From: Phoronis australis
Lineage: Eukaryota > Animalia > Phoronida
Reading direction: 5' to 3'
Assembly (NCBI GenBank): GCA_002633005.1
Contig: NMRA01000146.1
Coordinates: 209,640-273,639, forward strand
Length of the DNA stretch: 64,000 bases
How positions within the stretch are numbered: position 1 is the first letter of the stretch; every line of letters begins with the position of its first letter. Of this stretch, positions 1 to 13,729 are shown one piece after another. Made by a program: the position numbers and the translations under genes. Under the pieces are notes generated by a model. It ran no database searches, was not told the DNA's origin, and was given only the letters and a program-made list of their open reading frames with translations.

Positions 1-695
1 ATTTTGCAGTACGAAAACGATTTAAATACGTTACCGCATTAGAATTGAATTAGTAACATCTGCTGTCAGAGAAATGATAGTCGTGAAGCTAAAGAAGCTT
101 TGCGTGATTTGACAGTGATCTTGATTTTTACCTTGGCAACGTGTTGCCACATCCTGTTCTAAAGTCTGTCGCTTCAGTATTCCACGTGATACTGACAGTG
201 GATTAGCAGGCTGCGTGTTATTGAAAAGATAGTTTTACAGAGCAATTTGGATGTCATTCGAATTAATATGCGAGTCAGTGGCATTAATGAATATAATAGA
301 AACTGTTGATATGTCTAGTTTATTAGGAGATTTGACATAATTCCTACGAAAACTGGATTAAATACAGGAAATATGTCCACGAAAACATATCATGTGATAT
401 AATTTATGCATCATGTCCATAGACCACCTTTTCTAGCAAGGTAATAGCGTTGCTCAACTGTTCCCTGGTCTTTCGTCCTTCGTGATCACTCGCCACGTTG
501 CTATTTGAAAGTCTTCCATAAAGCTGGCATGTTCTTAGATGTTTCGTCACGCAAACGCAGTCACCTGTCAACCCCTTACTCTCACAATAAATTTGGGCTC
601 TCACACGCCAACGTGCAAATTATCAAGTTACAACAGTTAAGCTCGATATTGCAAACACATGTTATTTTTTTATGTTTCCAGACATAAAACAGTCC

Positions 696-3600
696 ATGGA
701 GCAAATGAAAGACTGGATCTTGCACAAATGCAAAGCCCCTCTGGCTGCCGGATCTGCCTCAGATACTCGTGGCAAATTGCAGAATGTGGTAACGCCTGAC
801 AGCATCCCTCAATTCATGATTCCGGGGCAGTCGACGGAAATCATACGGAAAAACTCCGGCGAAAGGAATTCAGAATCGCCGAACAACATAGCGCAGTCTC
901 ACTCTTGGTACAACTTGCAGAGTAGTCCCGTTCACAGCAGATCGGCACCGCTCACACCTTCAGCCAGCATGGTGTGCAAAAAGACCTCAGAGCAGAACAG
1001 CAGTGAATCGTGTGATTACATAAGTGAGCTTCAGGCAACGAACGCTGATCCACAGTCGATGATTGCATTAAGCCTGCCTCACTTTCGCATCCAAACACCA
1101 TTTGGACTTACCACCGTGTCCCAGAATCCACACACCAGGCGAAAGGAGTCCCTATTCCACATTCTACAAAATAACCACGAATTAACCGACAGTCGCCCTT
1201 CTCGAAAACAGCTAAGAAAAAAGTGCCATTCCTTAGACGAGGCTACTGCATTCAAAATACCATCTTCTGTCCCTGGTACACCCAATTTGGAAATACGAAG
1301 TAGGAGCCGAAACAGCAGTTCATCTCTACCAAGACGGCGTCGAGATGTGAGTTATGTCGCTGCTCCGTTGGGGGTAGTTGGTAGCTCGAGCAGCCTGGAG
1401 GCACACAGTGCCAACGAAAGCCGTGAAAGCCCACACATTTCGTCCCCTAGCACACCGGAAATGCCCACGCGCACTGCCTGTGCGCAACCATCTTCGGACA
1501 GAGTTAATTACTTTCGCAGAAGAACATCTTTAGCTTTGGCGAGAACCTCCGCCGAATGCAGCGTTTGTAACAAAGCAGCCTATACGAGCGATGATTCCAG
1601 TGACGAAAATTTTCGAACGAATAACTACAGTAAAATAAGTCGACGTCGTTCATCGAGTTCGGAGCAATGTGGGTCGATTTGCCACTCGTGTATTCTTGAT
1701 CGGCTGCAAGTACGGTTGATGGCGGAACTTGGTGAACTTAAATTGTCAATAGAATATTGCAGTGAACGCAAGCAGCTTAAAGTTCTTCTTATCAGAGCAG
1801 AAAACCTTGGTGGACGTATGAAAACAGACGACAACATGAGCACGTTCGCAAAAGTTTGCTTGCTACCCGACAAGCACCACAAGGGTGTTACAAAGGTTGT
1901 GAAGCACACGTCAGATCCCGTTTTTGACGAGACGATGACATTTAACGGAATAGATACATGTAGCCTGAAAGAACTGACGCTGCGAGTTAAGATTATGCAG
2001 AAGACGCACAATTTGAAGAGTGAGCGCCTTTTGGGACAAGTCATGATAGACTTGGGCTCGGTCGATCTTACAAAAGAAGTCAGGATGTGGCGCGACCTTC
2101 AGGCCAAAGACGAAAACGACGTAAGTCAGCAGGGATACGCCTTAACAGGTGTTCGTATTTTGAAAGAAGTGTTGTTGTTCCAATGAATTAAAGAGCTTGA
2201 TTGCCTTATTGTCACCAAGGTTACATAATGCATGCGACGCAAAGTGGATCTGTGGTTTGGAAACGATCACACGTGTATCTAGTAAAACAATCAGCGTATC
2301 GCATTTTTCTCATTAAATTTATAAGTTGCATGATGTCGAGGACGAAAATTTGATTTGCGGTTTTGAAGCGCTATGCGTGCCGTGACAGAAAAATTGAGTA
2401 CGCGTTTACTTGCATGTGCCTTCGGTCTACGTTAACTTGTTATCCAGTTCCAATCTGAAACATTCTACAGTAGTTGCAGTGTCTTTTTATGCGAGACATT
2501 TATTTGGCAGTTGTCTAACTCTTCTTTTGTACCTCCTTTCAGGTTCTCGGTAAATTAGATGTCACAGTTCGGTTTGAACCAAAAGAAGAGCGCCTTTGTG
2601 TAACGGTTAATAACGCTAAACGATTACGTAATCATCCAGTTACTGGACCCCCAGGTAAATATGTATACGAGTGTATTTTTTCTCTGATATTAGACTTGCG
2701 GTTCCGTAAGTGCAGGAACCTCCCGATAGCACAAGATCACGCCAGCATATTTTAAGTGAAGTACGTGATCATACCGACTTCTTTTGCGAGATTCTTGCAT
2801 CTACGGGAGATTTTAAACCAAATTTTACTGTTCCTCGCTGCACCACAAAGTTATTAGTGACATTTTCATGACTTATTTTAAAGACATATTCGCTACTGGC
2901 TTCCTTCCAAAAGTTCTTCACCGTACTATTTGTAGCAGACTTTTGGAATGTCGTCATTTCCACGACATGCTGTTGGCAGTTCTTGGTGAGCCACCTTGAG
3001 GTCAGACGTTCTCGCCACCTGGTGGATGATATAGAGGTATAGGAAATTATGACCATCCCCAGGGTTTTAATCCTTATGCCGTGGATTTCCGAAAATGCTA
3101 CCCGCAGTAGGCACGTTCGGAGCCCTGCCGAAAAAGGTTCCACAAGTTAATCCGTATATAAGGATCTTTAGGGATCAGTTGGCATAAACATGAATTTCTG
3201 AAGTTCTGGTTCTCCGAAGTACCTTTAAGATATCTCGAACGAAATTGTCACGTCCTCTCTTTTTGCAGCTAAGCTAAAGGGAACCTTAGGTGTCAATTCA
3301 TGCTTACCGACCTGTACGTTGCGGTTAACAATTCCTGTTGTTTAAAGAATCCACATACCAATCCCAAGGAGACCTCATTTCTGACACTCATGGCCCCCTT
3401 TCGAATATCGTCAGCAGTAGAAATTGACCGAGGGTATAGGTTCTGCATCCTCTGTAGGACGCCTGTTATAACACTACCGGATTCACAGTAGTCATACGAG
3501 TATCTGTTATCACCGGAGTGTTAGCTAAGTGACCAGTTCACAGACCTCGTTTGCCAATCAGTATGGTCTTCGAGCATTAAATCTGAGCATTTTTTTCGGT

Positions 3601-5026
3601 TACTGGTCTGAGAGATTAGAGGAGGACAAACCACAGTGGTCGACGAAAAAATGGCGTTTTTCACAAAAACGACAAGTGGACAGCTTCTTTCTCAGATGTA
3701 AGGCACAGGCGCTTGGGTTTATCGCAAATGACGTCACAATATATATATAAGAAAACATAAAGGTTGGACACTTAAACTTTGCAAAGCCGAGGCTCCCAAC
3801 TTCAACCGTCCAAAATCCAAATAAAATCTGCGTGCACCTCCCTCAGTCTGGTGTTGCATAAACCTTCGAAGCCTTATCTTTCCTAGATCCCATTAACTGT
3901 CTTCGTGAGTGGTGAATTGGCGATGGAATTTCCAAAACAATCTCAAAACTCTGAATTCAAGGACCTGAAATAGTAAACATGGCGGATTTCNNNNNNNNNN
4001 NNNNNNNNNNNNNNNNNNNNNNNNNNNNNNNNNNNNNNNNNNNNNNNNNNNNNNNNNNNNNNNNNNNNNNNNNNNNNNNNNNNNNNNNNNNNNNNNNNNN
4101 NNNNNNNNNNNNNNNNNNNNNNNNNNNNNNNNNNNNNNNNNNNNNNNNNNNNNNNNNNNNNNNNNNNNNNNNNNNNNNNNNNNNNNNNNNNNNNNNNNNN
4201 NNNNNNNNNNNNNNNNNNNNNNNNNNNNNNNNNNNNNNNNNNNNNNNNNNNNNNNNNNNNNNNNNNNNNNNNNNNNNNNNNNNNNNNNNNNNNNNNNNNN
4301 NNNNNNNNNNNNNNNNNNNNNNNNNNNNNNNNNNNNNNNNNNNNNNNNNNNNNNNNNNNNNNNNNNNNNNNNNNNNNNNNNNNNNNNNNNNNNNNNNNNN
4401 NNNNNNNNNNNNNNNNNNNNNNNNNNNNNNNNNNNNNNNNNNNNNNNNNNNNNNNNNNNNNNNNNNNNNNNNNNNNNNNNNNNNNNNNNNNNNNNNNNNN
4501 NNNNNNNNNNNNNNNNNNNNNNNNNNNNNNNNNNNNNNNNNNNNNNNNNNNNNNNNNNNNNNNNNNNNNNNNNNNNNNNNNNNNNNNNNNNNNNNNNNNN
4601 NNNNNNNNNNNNNNNNNNNNNNNNNNNNNNNNNNNNNNNNNNNNNNNNNNNCAATCTTTAATTATCTGTATTATCTTTCTTCTTACAGACGCCTACGTAA
4701 AAGTGACTGTCAGACAACCGGGTCGGTCACAGATGAAAAAGTCAACTATAATTCGTAAGAACGCCATTAATCCAGTTTTCGGAGAAATGTTCATTTTTCA
4801 AATCTCACCAAAGATTGAACATCTAAACTACGCCGCCGTCACAATGACAGTGTACGATCACACAAAACTTCGATCGGATGTCGCCATTGGCCAGGTTCGC
4901 TTAGGTCATAGGTCAACCGAGGAGTGCGAATTCGAGCACTGGAACCAAGTGCTTCAACATCCAGGACAAGACTACACGTGGGTCCACACGTTGATGGACC
5001 CTAAGGAAGACAAGCAGATGAAATAA
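696..5026 (+). CDS. C2CD4C: C2 calcium-dependent domain-containing protein 4 (C2CD4C-like) with tandem C-terminal C2 domains; 3 coding exons 696..2120, 2543..2654, 4689..5026
   Basis: C2CD4 signature motifs NVVTPDSIPQFMIPG and DPQSMIALSLPHF..TPFGLTTVSQNPHTRRKESLFH, then a C2 domain (GELKLSIEY...LLIRAENL...DPVFDE...LLGQV). Donor GAC|gtaagt at 2121 (phase 0); exon 2 VLGKLDVTVRFEPKEERLCVTVNNAKRLRNHPVTGPP, donor at 2655 (phase 1); exon 3 DAYVKV...NPVFGEMFIF...VYDHTKLRSDVAIGQVRLG...HW, stop at 5026. An acceptor ttttatgtttccag at 681 suggests a non-coding upstream exon and a start at ATG 696 (or 705) rather than 672. Confidence 0.85.
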
Positions 5027-6326
5027 GGTGACAGCGAACTATGGACTACAGATATTACACTCGTCAAGAACCCGTGGATACATCATCAAGTATGAAAACA
5101 ACACGACGCGCGAGAACAATGTAGGTACCGCTTAACCAGCGCGGTGAACTCTTGCGAGGACTTTGTGGCTCCGCACTTTACTACGCGGCAAGTAAACCGT
5201 GTCCTAAGGCGTGGACTGTGTTTTCAGGATCAGGGAGCTTGTTTTCCGGACCCGGAAGCCGTGTTTTTCGGACCTGGGAGCTGTGTGTTAAGGTTATGTA
5301 GGACCCACAAGAAGTGTCCAAATTTGGCTATCTTTGTAACATCTTATCTCAGAAACTGTTGTCTGGGTTTTCAAATAACATGACTTATGTACTGAACTCC
5401 AACACGTTGTTAGGAATGGTTCATAATGTTACATTTTTACAAGCTGCACTTTAAGGATTTTCTAGAAAAAAGCGAAAGTTGCCAAAAACGAAAACGAAAT
5501 CATATTCCAGAAAACTGTAACAGAGTTTTTGAGAAACCATCTTGAATCTTTTACATCAAATAAAATTGGATCACGTTATTGATACCGTTGATTTGCTATC
5601 AATGTACTTTTCTTATTTTCCCAAGTGCCACTAAAAGGCATGGTCACGTGACCCTACAAATAACACTTGTTGTGGGTAATATGTATAGAATATATACTTA
5701 GTTAAAACATACACTGTACAGATACGCAGAATTTTCAATAAGGTCTCACGTAATCTTAAACGATTATTTTTTCTGAGTAGTATTTCCACCCTGAAGCCAC
5801 TTAGTGAAAAAATAAAACTCCTTGATTGTTCGCCAGTCTGGTCGAAAGATCACTGTGGCATGGAAATTGAGAAGCTGTTAACGAGTTGGCTTACAGCACC
5901 GTCCGCTCAACGTGCAAACTGCGATCAAGCTTCCGTCTTTAACGCTATTTCTTTATACATGTATTATACTGTGCGTCATCGTGCACTGGTGTCTATAAAT
6001 TACAATGACACGAACTGTTACAGTGACACGATCTGTTACAATGACGTGGACAGAACTTGAAATCAGCGTTGATCAAGTAGCATTATACACAAGACGGTAC
6101 CAGTAAGGGCCGACTAACTTGCTGAATGCCTCCGTCGGGGACACCTTACTTCGTACGACCACTGTTGCTACCGGTGTGCAAGCGAAGATATTAATAAAAC
6201 CATTCCCTTATTTGAGATGCTTCTTGGGACGTTGAAGTTGATGGACGGTAAAATGACACAATAATAAAGATATTACAAATTTATAAATGCGTGAATGAAT
6301 TGTTTACTAACCGTGTATTATTGTTT

Positions 6327-9300
6327 TCAAAAATCTCGTCCACTTACGCTGAGACAGGTCAGCGAAGACTGTGTTGGTTGACAACTGTTTGTCACACTGG
6401 ATATCGAGGTTCCTGTTTGACTTGTAACCGTTGTATTCTCTGTTTCCGTTTTATTACTTTCTGCATCTGTATTCGAGCTGATGGGGGAGGGGGTAATGGT
6501 CCTGTCAACCAAATCCGATATTTGCTTTATTCCATCACTATTAACCTTGGATGACATTGCGCTTGGCGGATTCTCAGGAAGAAATTGACCGTGTGGAGAC
6601 GTGGTTGCAAACGACAAGTTGCCCGTGAAACTTGCCCTGGTGGCAAAGTTATGCGCTAGCATACTCCGCTTTCTGTATATCAACACAGTCACCACAAAAC
6701 CGACTCCAGTCAAGCACACTACTAATGCCACTAAGGGACCAACCAGATCAGTTAAACCGTCTCTTGGTGAACCAGCAGGGGTCCTTTCACGCGCACGGTG
6801 CACTGAAATTAAAAGTGCTTGATTGCTCAAATTGGGTAGAGTTCAAGTTAACACAAGGACCTCGCTGGAAAAGCAAAACTTCGCGAGACTACTCGATCTA
6901 TTGCAGTGCATTTCAATGAGAACACCGACCATGACGGAAAACAATGACAGGTTAATGCAAACAATTGCGTGGAATGTGAAGATTACAAAGCTTCTTCTGT
7001 AACTGATCGCCAACATAAAACATCACTTAGCTGGGTTATTAGATTCATAAAGTACCCGGTACCATCGACAATACCTTAGTTATTCAACCTCACTTCAACA
7101 TCACGTGACTAGGTCAGTCACATACTGTAAAATTGACATACTTTAACTCAGATTTCATGTACATTTCACACGGACGAGCTTAAGAAGACCTTTGCATCAC
7201 GGAGTTCAGGTACACAAGGAGTGTTTATGCGTTAGTTTAGTCGATAGCCTCAATGAGCGAAACGTAACCGCTCACCAATTAGGCTTCTAAGCAGATCAAA
7301 TATGATGGACTCTACCCCGACGTTCGCCGGTGAGAGTTTGGCAGAAATCAGGAGACCGCTACGTAGAAGGTTCTTGCGAGAAAAGATCTCAAGAGACCTC
7401 GAAAATCATGTGTGTCAAGGCTCGTGTTTCGCGAGTATGCCGTAGAGCTTACTATAGTCTATTGTAGTGAAATGGCGGCCACTGAATTGGTTGGTGAGGT
7501 AGAAACGTTCCTCACCATGAGCAAAACAATTTCGCCACAACTGCAAGCTAAATATATGTTTCGCGATATACGCTTTGCTGCCCTGGTTAACGTCGAGGGT
7601 TTGTTGACTCATGATACAGTTTTCCTGATTTTTTACCTCTGGAGCTCTGGAAGATGAGGTCCCTGGTCGCACATTTCTTGTTCACCGGGGTACATATGGC
7701 GAACATCAACGGATTTAAGACACGTCGGAAAGTGTGTATTGTACTGGTCATGACATAAAAGGCTTTAAAATTACTAGGTGACGACTAGGCGAATAAAGAA
7801 AAACTTTGCTTTGCATTGGAGATTGATCGGAGGATGTGATTCAAGTTGCTAACCTTGAAGCTAATTAACAATGGCTTAAGCAATGTCGTCCCAAAACACC
7901 ACGGTTATGCAAACTGCTTTTCATGTGCTAAACGTGTCAGCAACTTTCGAGTTTACCTAATAATGATTATCGCCTCACTTTTTATATTTTTCCGCCGACT
8001 TTCGCCTCTGAGGTATGGTCTATAACTAAGAGCATTGTCTTCGTCGATAAGACCGTCGTTATCATCATCTTCCATGTTTTTTATTTCTTCGTCACTGCGC
8101 ATGTCACAGTCGTTATCGATCCCATCACCGTCGGTCTGTCGCGACATTTTGCAGTCAGTAGTCTTGGCTAAATGCATTCCACCAAACATACCATAGGTGT
8201 TGCCCCTGTCGTTGGAACCGTACAACAACACACCAAACTTGGCATTTGATGTCACATGATAAATGTCGTGTGCACCACTATTGACTGCCTCGGAGACGAT
8301 CGTCCATTGCGATCCATTATTCTTTTTGGGAGTGCTTGTGAATCTGTTGTTGATGAGTAATGCAACACAATAAACTACAATCAAGGAAAACACTCAGCAG
8401 GACTTACACCTTACTCAAGTCATCGAAGTTAGTTATTTAATCTTAAACTACATGTATATTCCTCTATAACGCAAAACGGCCTCTGTCCACATAAACAATT
8501 TCGATTGATGGACTGTTAAAACAAAAAAAAATAAACGACTAAAATATTTCCATGTATGTCAAGAAAATAAACATTCACTCACGGCTCATTATCCAGTCGA
8601 ATACCAGCGATGTCCTTAGGTAGCGCAATCACGGTGACACGACTGGTTAACTTCCATTCTTTCTCCTGTGGAACGACAAGAAGATAATCGGCTCGGAACT
8701 GCTCTATGGGTGGAACGAACACACTTACAGGTAGTAGGAGATCGGTGACGTATTGTACAAGAACGGCGTGCAGGCGCCTACCACTGTTTACAACGATTTG
8801 GTTAGACTCGTTAGCCTGGCGATTAATTCGAAAATTGTGTGCATGGCTTTGGATAAGATGGCGGCTTGTGCTATCGTCTTGATGTCTGATCGTTAGATAC
8901 GTGCCAGATTCAGCGACGACAAGGACATCCGTGAAATTAATTTCCTTCGCCGGAAAAAGAGGCACAACGGTTGTTCTACCCCATCGACTGATAGGGGGTA
9001 TCTGTTCAACGACTCGCGCTCGTTTCCACAGAGATGATCTTGTTAATGCCGCGGTCAAAACGATGCCAAAAGGTTCCGAAGAGCGCAAGCAGTTTATAGT
9101 TTGATCGCCATTAGTCTGAAAGGAGGAAGTCTGAAAAGAAATGAGAATTCAACCCCTGAGACTGGATTAAATTACCATCTCGAAATTCTCGAAAATGCAT
9201 TATTTGATAGTATTAGTAAATATACTCTATGCTTGAAGCGGCAAAGTGGTCAATGCTGCGGTGAGAACAGAGAGTGCCTCGGGATGGGTTCTTGAGTATC

Positions 9301-12300
9301 ATTGATTCTAAATTTAAGTCTGACGCTATGTTGGCACCGACTCAGTAGAAGGGCCATAAAATGTTCGCGAGTGTGTGCCTTAAGGGAGAATGCCACCCCA
9401 TTTAATTAGTCTTTTTGCCGTCTTAATCGGTCTCTATCCCCATTGCTTCGCATACCTTGCCAAGAGGTGTCGCGTTAAGCTGTGAGGAAGGTGAGAAACG
9501 ACGCTAGCGACGTCAGAGTGAATGCCGCTATGTTGCGGTGCATCGTTCCCGCTTGTCCGAACTAAGCAGCTGCGAGGAAAGTGGGTATATCGTTTTTTAC
9601 TTCCTCAAGAATCCGGAATGCTTAGGAAGTGGCTCATGGTAGTGACGAATGAAATGTACGCTGTAAATAGCACGTATGAGGCAGTGAAACATCTCCGTGT
9701 CTGTGGCCTGCAGACGTCGACAGTGCCTGACGAATGCCGGCTTACCGGCCAAATAACTCCATACGTTCCGTTGTCTCAGCTTGTTCACGGCGATGGGCCT
9801 GATCGGGCTCCGAGCCACTGGCCAGGATAACAAGCGTTTTGTGTTTAGAACTCAAAAAATCACAAGTCTAAACAACACAGACCTAGGTCCTCCTGTCTGT
9901 ATCTCACCGAAAATGCTTCGAAATTATCTCCTAACAGACTCCAAACTCCTGCCACGGACCTTATTGGCCTGCCGAACTTTGTAGGCTACAGCGTGTCCAT
10001 ATACCAATAAATCCGTGAGAGAGAAATAAAACAACACGTTTTTTTATAAGAGCTCGGTGTATTTTTAAGGGTTTTACATCGAAGTTTGATGATTTATTGG
10101 TGTTAAACGATGACTTCAAGCGATAAGCTGACACCAGTAACCCGTGTTGTGAACTGCTGAACAGACTGCGTGTGAAACCGATGACGTCAATGGATAATTT
10201 CAACACCTCCGTCTGCTGTCAGGTGTCAGGTAACGCAACCGTACGTGTCGTTATGGGGTAGAACAACTCGAACTAAATTGATACAAATTAGGTTGTTTTT
10301 TGGGTGGCATGCTCCTTTAAGGCAAATACTTTATTCTTGTTAATTACACCGTGTATGTAGCCAGTGGCGATTTCTCGGTCTAAAATTATCACGTTTTATT
10401 GACCTCGATGAAAGTCAGGAATTCGTACAATAAGTACCTACTCGGTATTACTCTTGATTGAAATCGCTCATTTAATGCTCACTGCAGAGCGATAAATTAG
10501 TCCCTAAGCTAAAGGCGCTTTCCCATTAGGGGCCCAAAGCTTTGCCGAAGCTTCGCTTACCTTTCCGACTAGACAACAATATAGAAGTTATCGCTAAGAT
10601 ACCAGACGAAGCAGTTCATTTGTACTCTCAAACGAATATTGGGTATTGAGTTCGAGGCTAACTGAAAATTGTTCTACCATTTACGAGTGTTTATGAAAAT
10701 GGTCAGTGCCATTCTTCATCAGATATGCTCTCTTTAATTTATTTACGCGCGTCTATTGAGAGCACGACGGCTACGCTACAGTAACAAAGAACACGTTTTA
10801 AGAGTCTCGTGTGATCGTATATCGTTGCTGCGACCTCAATCGACAACTTCTACGAAGCTTTGCTGAAGTTTCGGTGACTACCGAAGCTTCGTTTTTAAAT
10901 CCCGTTATTTTTAGTTAAGTTTCGCTTACAGATTAAATTTCGGAGTTAACCTTTCCCACTTACTAAAACTTCGGTAAAATTGAAGTTTGGCCTCTAATGG
11001 GAAAGCGACTTAACATCGGAAAGGTGTTAAATTCAATTACATTTATTGGAAGAAATTGTGTTTAGTGCATTCGCCAATCCTCGTTTTGATTACGGAGATA
11101 CATGTACACATACCACCTGGGGCGGGTGTTCTATATTCCCAACGTGAAAATGAAACGAGTTAGGTATCTGGATGCAAGCAGTTCAATAGAGTGATACTTA
11201 TTTAGTTTCGTTCTAAAACAACTACATGTACGTAAATGCTTGTAGTAGCAACTGTCTGTAACAATTTTCACCACTAACCTTATTATAATTGATTTGTACA
11301 TGCGACTCTTAGGTAATTCTTCGGAAATATCGACTCCAATATGGGTTTTCATAGCAAAACGCTTTTCACGACCTGTTCATTGTTCAAAAAGCACATTTTC
11401 TAGATTCCAGAGATTGACGTTGAGTTAATCTCTAAGTTTCAGGGAGAAGCACAGATTGTTCAATAGTAAAGAATAAAATCATGAAAGGCATTACATTTGA
11501 GCTTTTTATGTGTAAACGAGAAGTGATGCGCACGCGTCCCGAGGATCATGAAACCGGGAGGTTCAGTGGTACCTTCAAGTTGTAATTGGACTATGCTTCT
11601 CTACTTCAACCGGGAAAATCGATGTCGCCGTCCGCCTAGGATATCACGAACGTTTATTTAAATTCCTATTGTGTTTTGTTTTTGAAATTGAATTCCTCTT
11701 AAAAAGTTAGTGTAGAATCCTTCTTCATTTCGCCGAAATATACGATAAAAATGGCCAAAACCCTGCGATGGGTTTGTATTTGTTGACAACAGTTTTGAGT
11801 CAATTCGTGTTTACACTATTGTATTCATTCAGTGTTGTAGATAATTGGCGTTTGCGTCGTGACATACATCGGACAAAACTAAGATTGAGCGTGGCGATTA
11901 ACTAAAGAAAGATTGAAAACCGGTATCGCCTGGAACGGGACTAAACGGGACTAAGTGGTAAGGATAGAAATTGATATCAGCCATGACGTCACCTTGTAAG
12001 TGTCGGGACGATTCGTGTGTTTCGTGAGCTTCGGGTGTTTGACGCACGTAACATTTTCTCTACACAACATGCCTGAGGTCACTTGCGCTGTTTACCGGTA
12101 TCAACAGCCTACAGAACATGCAGCACGTACGGCCAATGCAACATCTGATATCCTGGCTTTCATATGAGTTTTCACCTAAATTATCTTATAAGCAGATATT
12201 CTTACGGAGTTAATGGTGCCTGTGTCATGCGAGATGTTTACGCTCGTGTCCGTCAGTGCTAAAAGAACGATTACAGATGGCGCAGCGGTAGCGACACAGT

Positions 12301-12995
12301 ACGCTTTGTCCCATGCCTTTCGTGGGATCACTGTAAAACTTTCGAGGCCACCATTTGATGAGCTGAAATAGAGGACGCATCTGTCGTTGAGGACAAGCAT
12401 TGCAAATTGTCTGCATTGGATACATGTACAAGTCAAATCACCCCGCCAAGGGTGTTCGGCACCTCAAGAAGCTGTTTATCCGTCTAGTAATTCGAGCCGA
12501 GTTAGTTTGTAAAACATTCTTTTCGAAGCCTCACGGACGAAGCACATGTATCCAGAATCATCTAAGCTTGGTTACAAGTGTGTATACTTTAGGCAAAAAT
12601 GAAAAGAGACTTAAGACTTAAGACAGAAACAGCTTATTACTTAAAATGAATGATTCTTATTAAAATGAATTTTTATAATTTTTTTCTAATTGTCCCAGTA
12701 ACTAGCACTTATGTGCGTATTCTTAGAGGCTTTGCACTTTTGCTCAAGTGAGGTTTAATTATTTTCCAGAAATAGTTATGCGGAGCGTAAGACCAAAATT
12801 TTGACTTATGTCGTAAGTCAAAATTTCATGAAACAGATCCGAGCTCAAAAAGTGTGGTTTAGTGAACTTGGCATACACTGTATATATATCTTGGTAGAAG
12901 GCGGATTTTTTAAATACCAGCTTCCAATTCAAAAAATAAAACATACCCAAGAAATTTTTTGTAGCCATTAATTGTCACTGTTGTTGTCATTATTA

Positions 12996-13032
<37 letters not shown>

Positions 13033-13691
13033 TATTATCACTCAAGCGTGTAAGTTTCTGCAATTATTGTGTCAACAAAAATTCAAGCTCCACGATAATT
13101 AATGCGATGAGTTAACATTTCATTGACCGAATAGGCTGCATTAATTTACAAACACTCTACTGCATGTCTTGTAAACATTGTTGGGCAAATAAATAAAAAA
13201 AGAAATTCATTCAATATGACGGCATATGGCATATGGCTTAACAGCTTCGATTCTGTGGAATTTTCAAATGTCCTTGAATTGTTTACCTGCATAAGGCCAC
13301 CAACACGATCCCATGTTCAGCTTTTACCTGGACCACACGTTGGTTAAAAACGACACCATCCACTGTCGCAGTAGTGACGTTCCCTCTGGAGACAATAACA
13401 TGCTGTACGGAGAAGTGCGTTGCTTCGCTTTCACTACAAATGACGTCACGTTTACCACATGCTGTGCACGTAATCTTTGCACACCAAGGTTTGTAAGGGG
13501 ATAGCAGTGTTATTCCTAACAGTTGCTTAATGTATTAATCCGCGCTCCGACAGTAAAACTAACCGTTGATTTAGACCACCAAGTTTCCCATTCTCATTTA
13601 AGGCACGTTGAATCCTCGAAAAATGACCAAATTAGAGAAATTTAATAACATCATATCTCAGACATCGCTTATGGGATCCATATGAAACTTT

Positions 13692-13729
<38 letters not shown>

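Noticed and set aside
3893-4758. Long ORFs made of X
   Set aside because: Artefacts of the N-gap at 3991..4651.
9220-9360. tRNA or SINE-head-like A/B box
   Set aside because: The boxes are degenerate and no cloverleaf can be drawn.
11495-11635. Possible extra exon of the IgGFc gene
   Set aside because: Stops in all three frames after the acceptor, and the flanking exons already join in phase.
13434-13515. Longer version of IgGFc exon 2 from the acceptor at 13516
   Set aside because: Wrong phase for exon 1; the acceptor at 13434 restores the frame.
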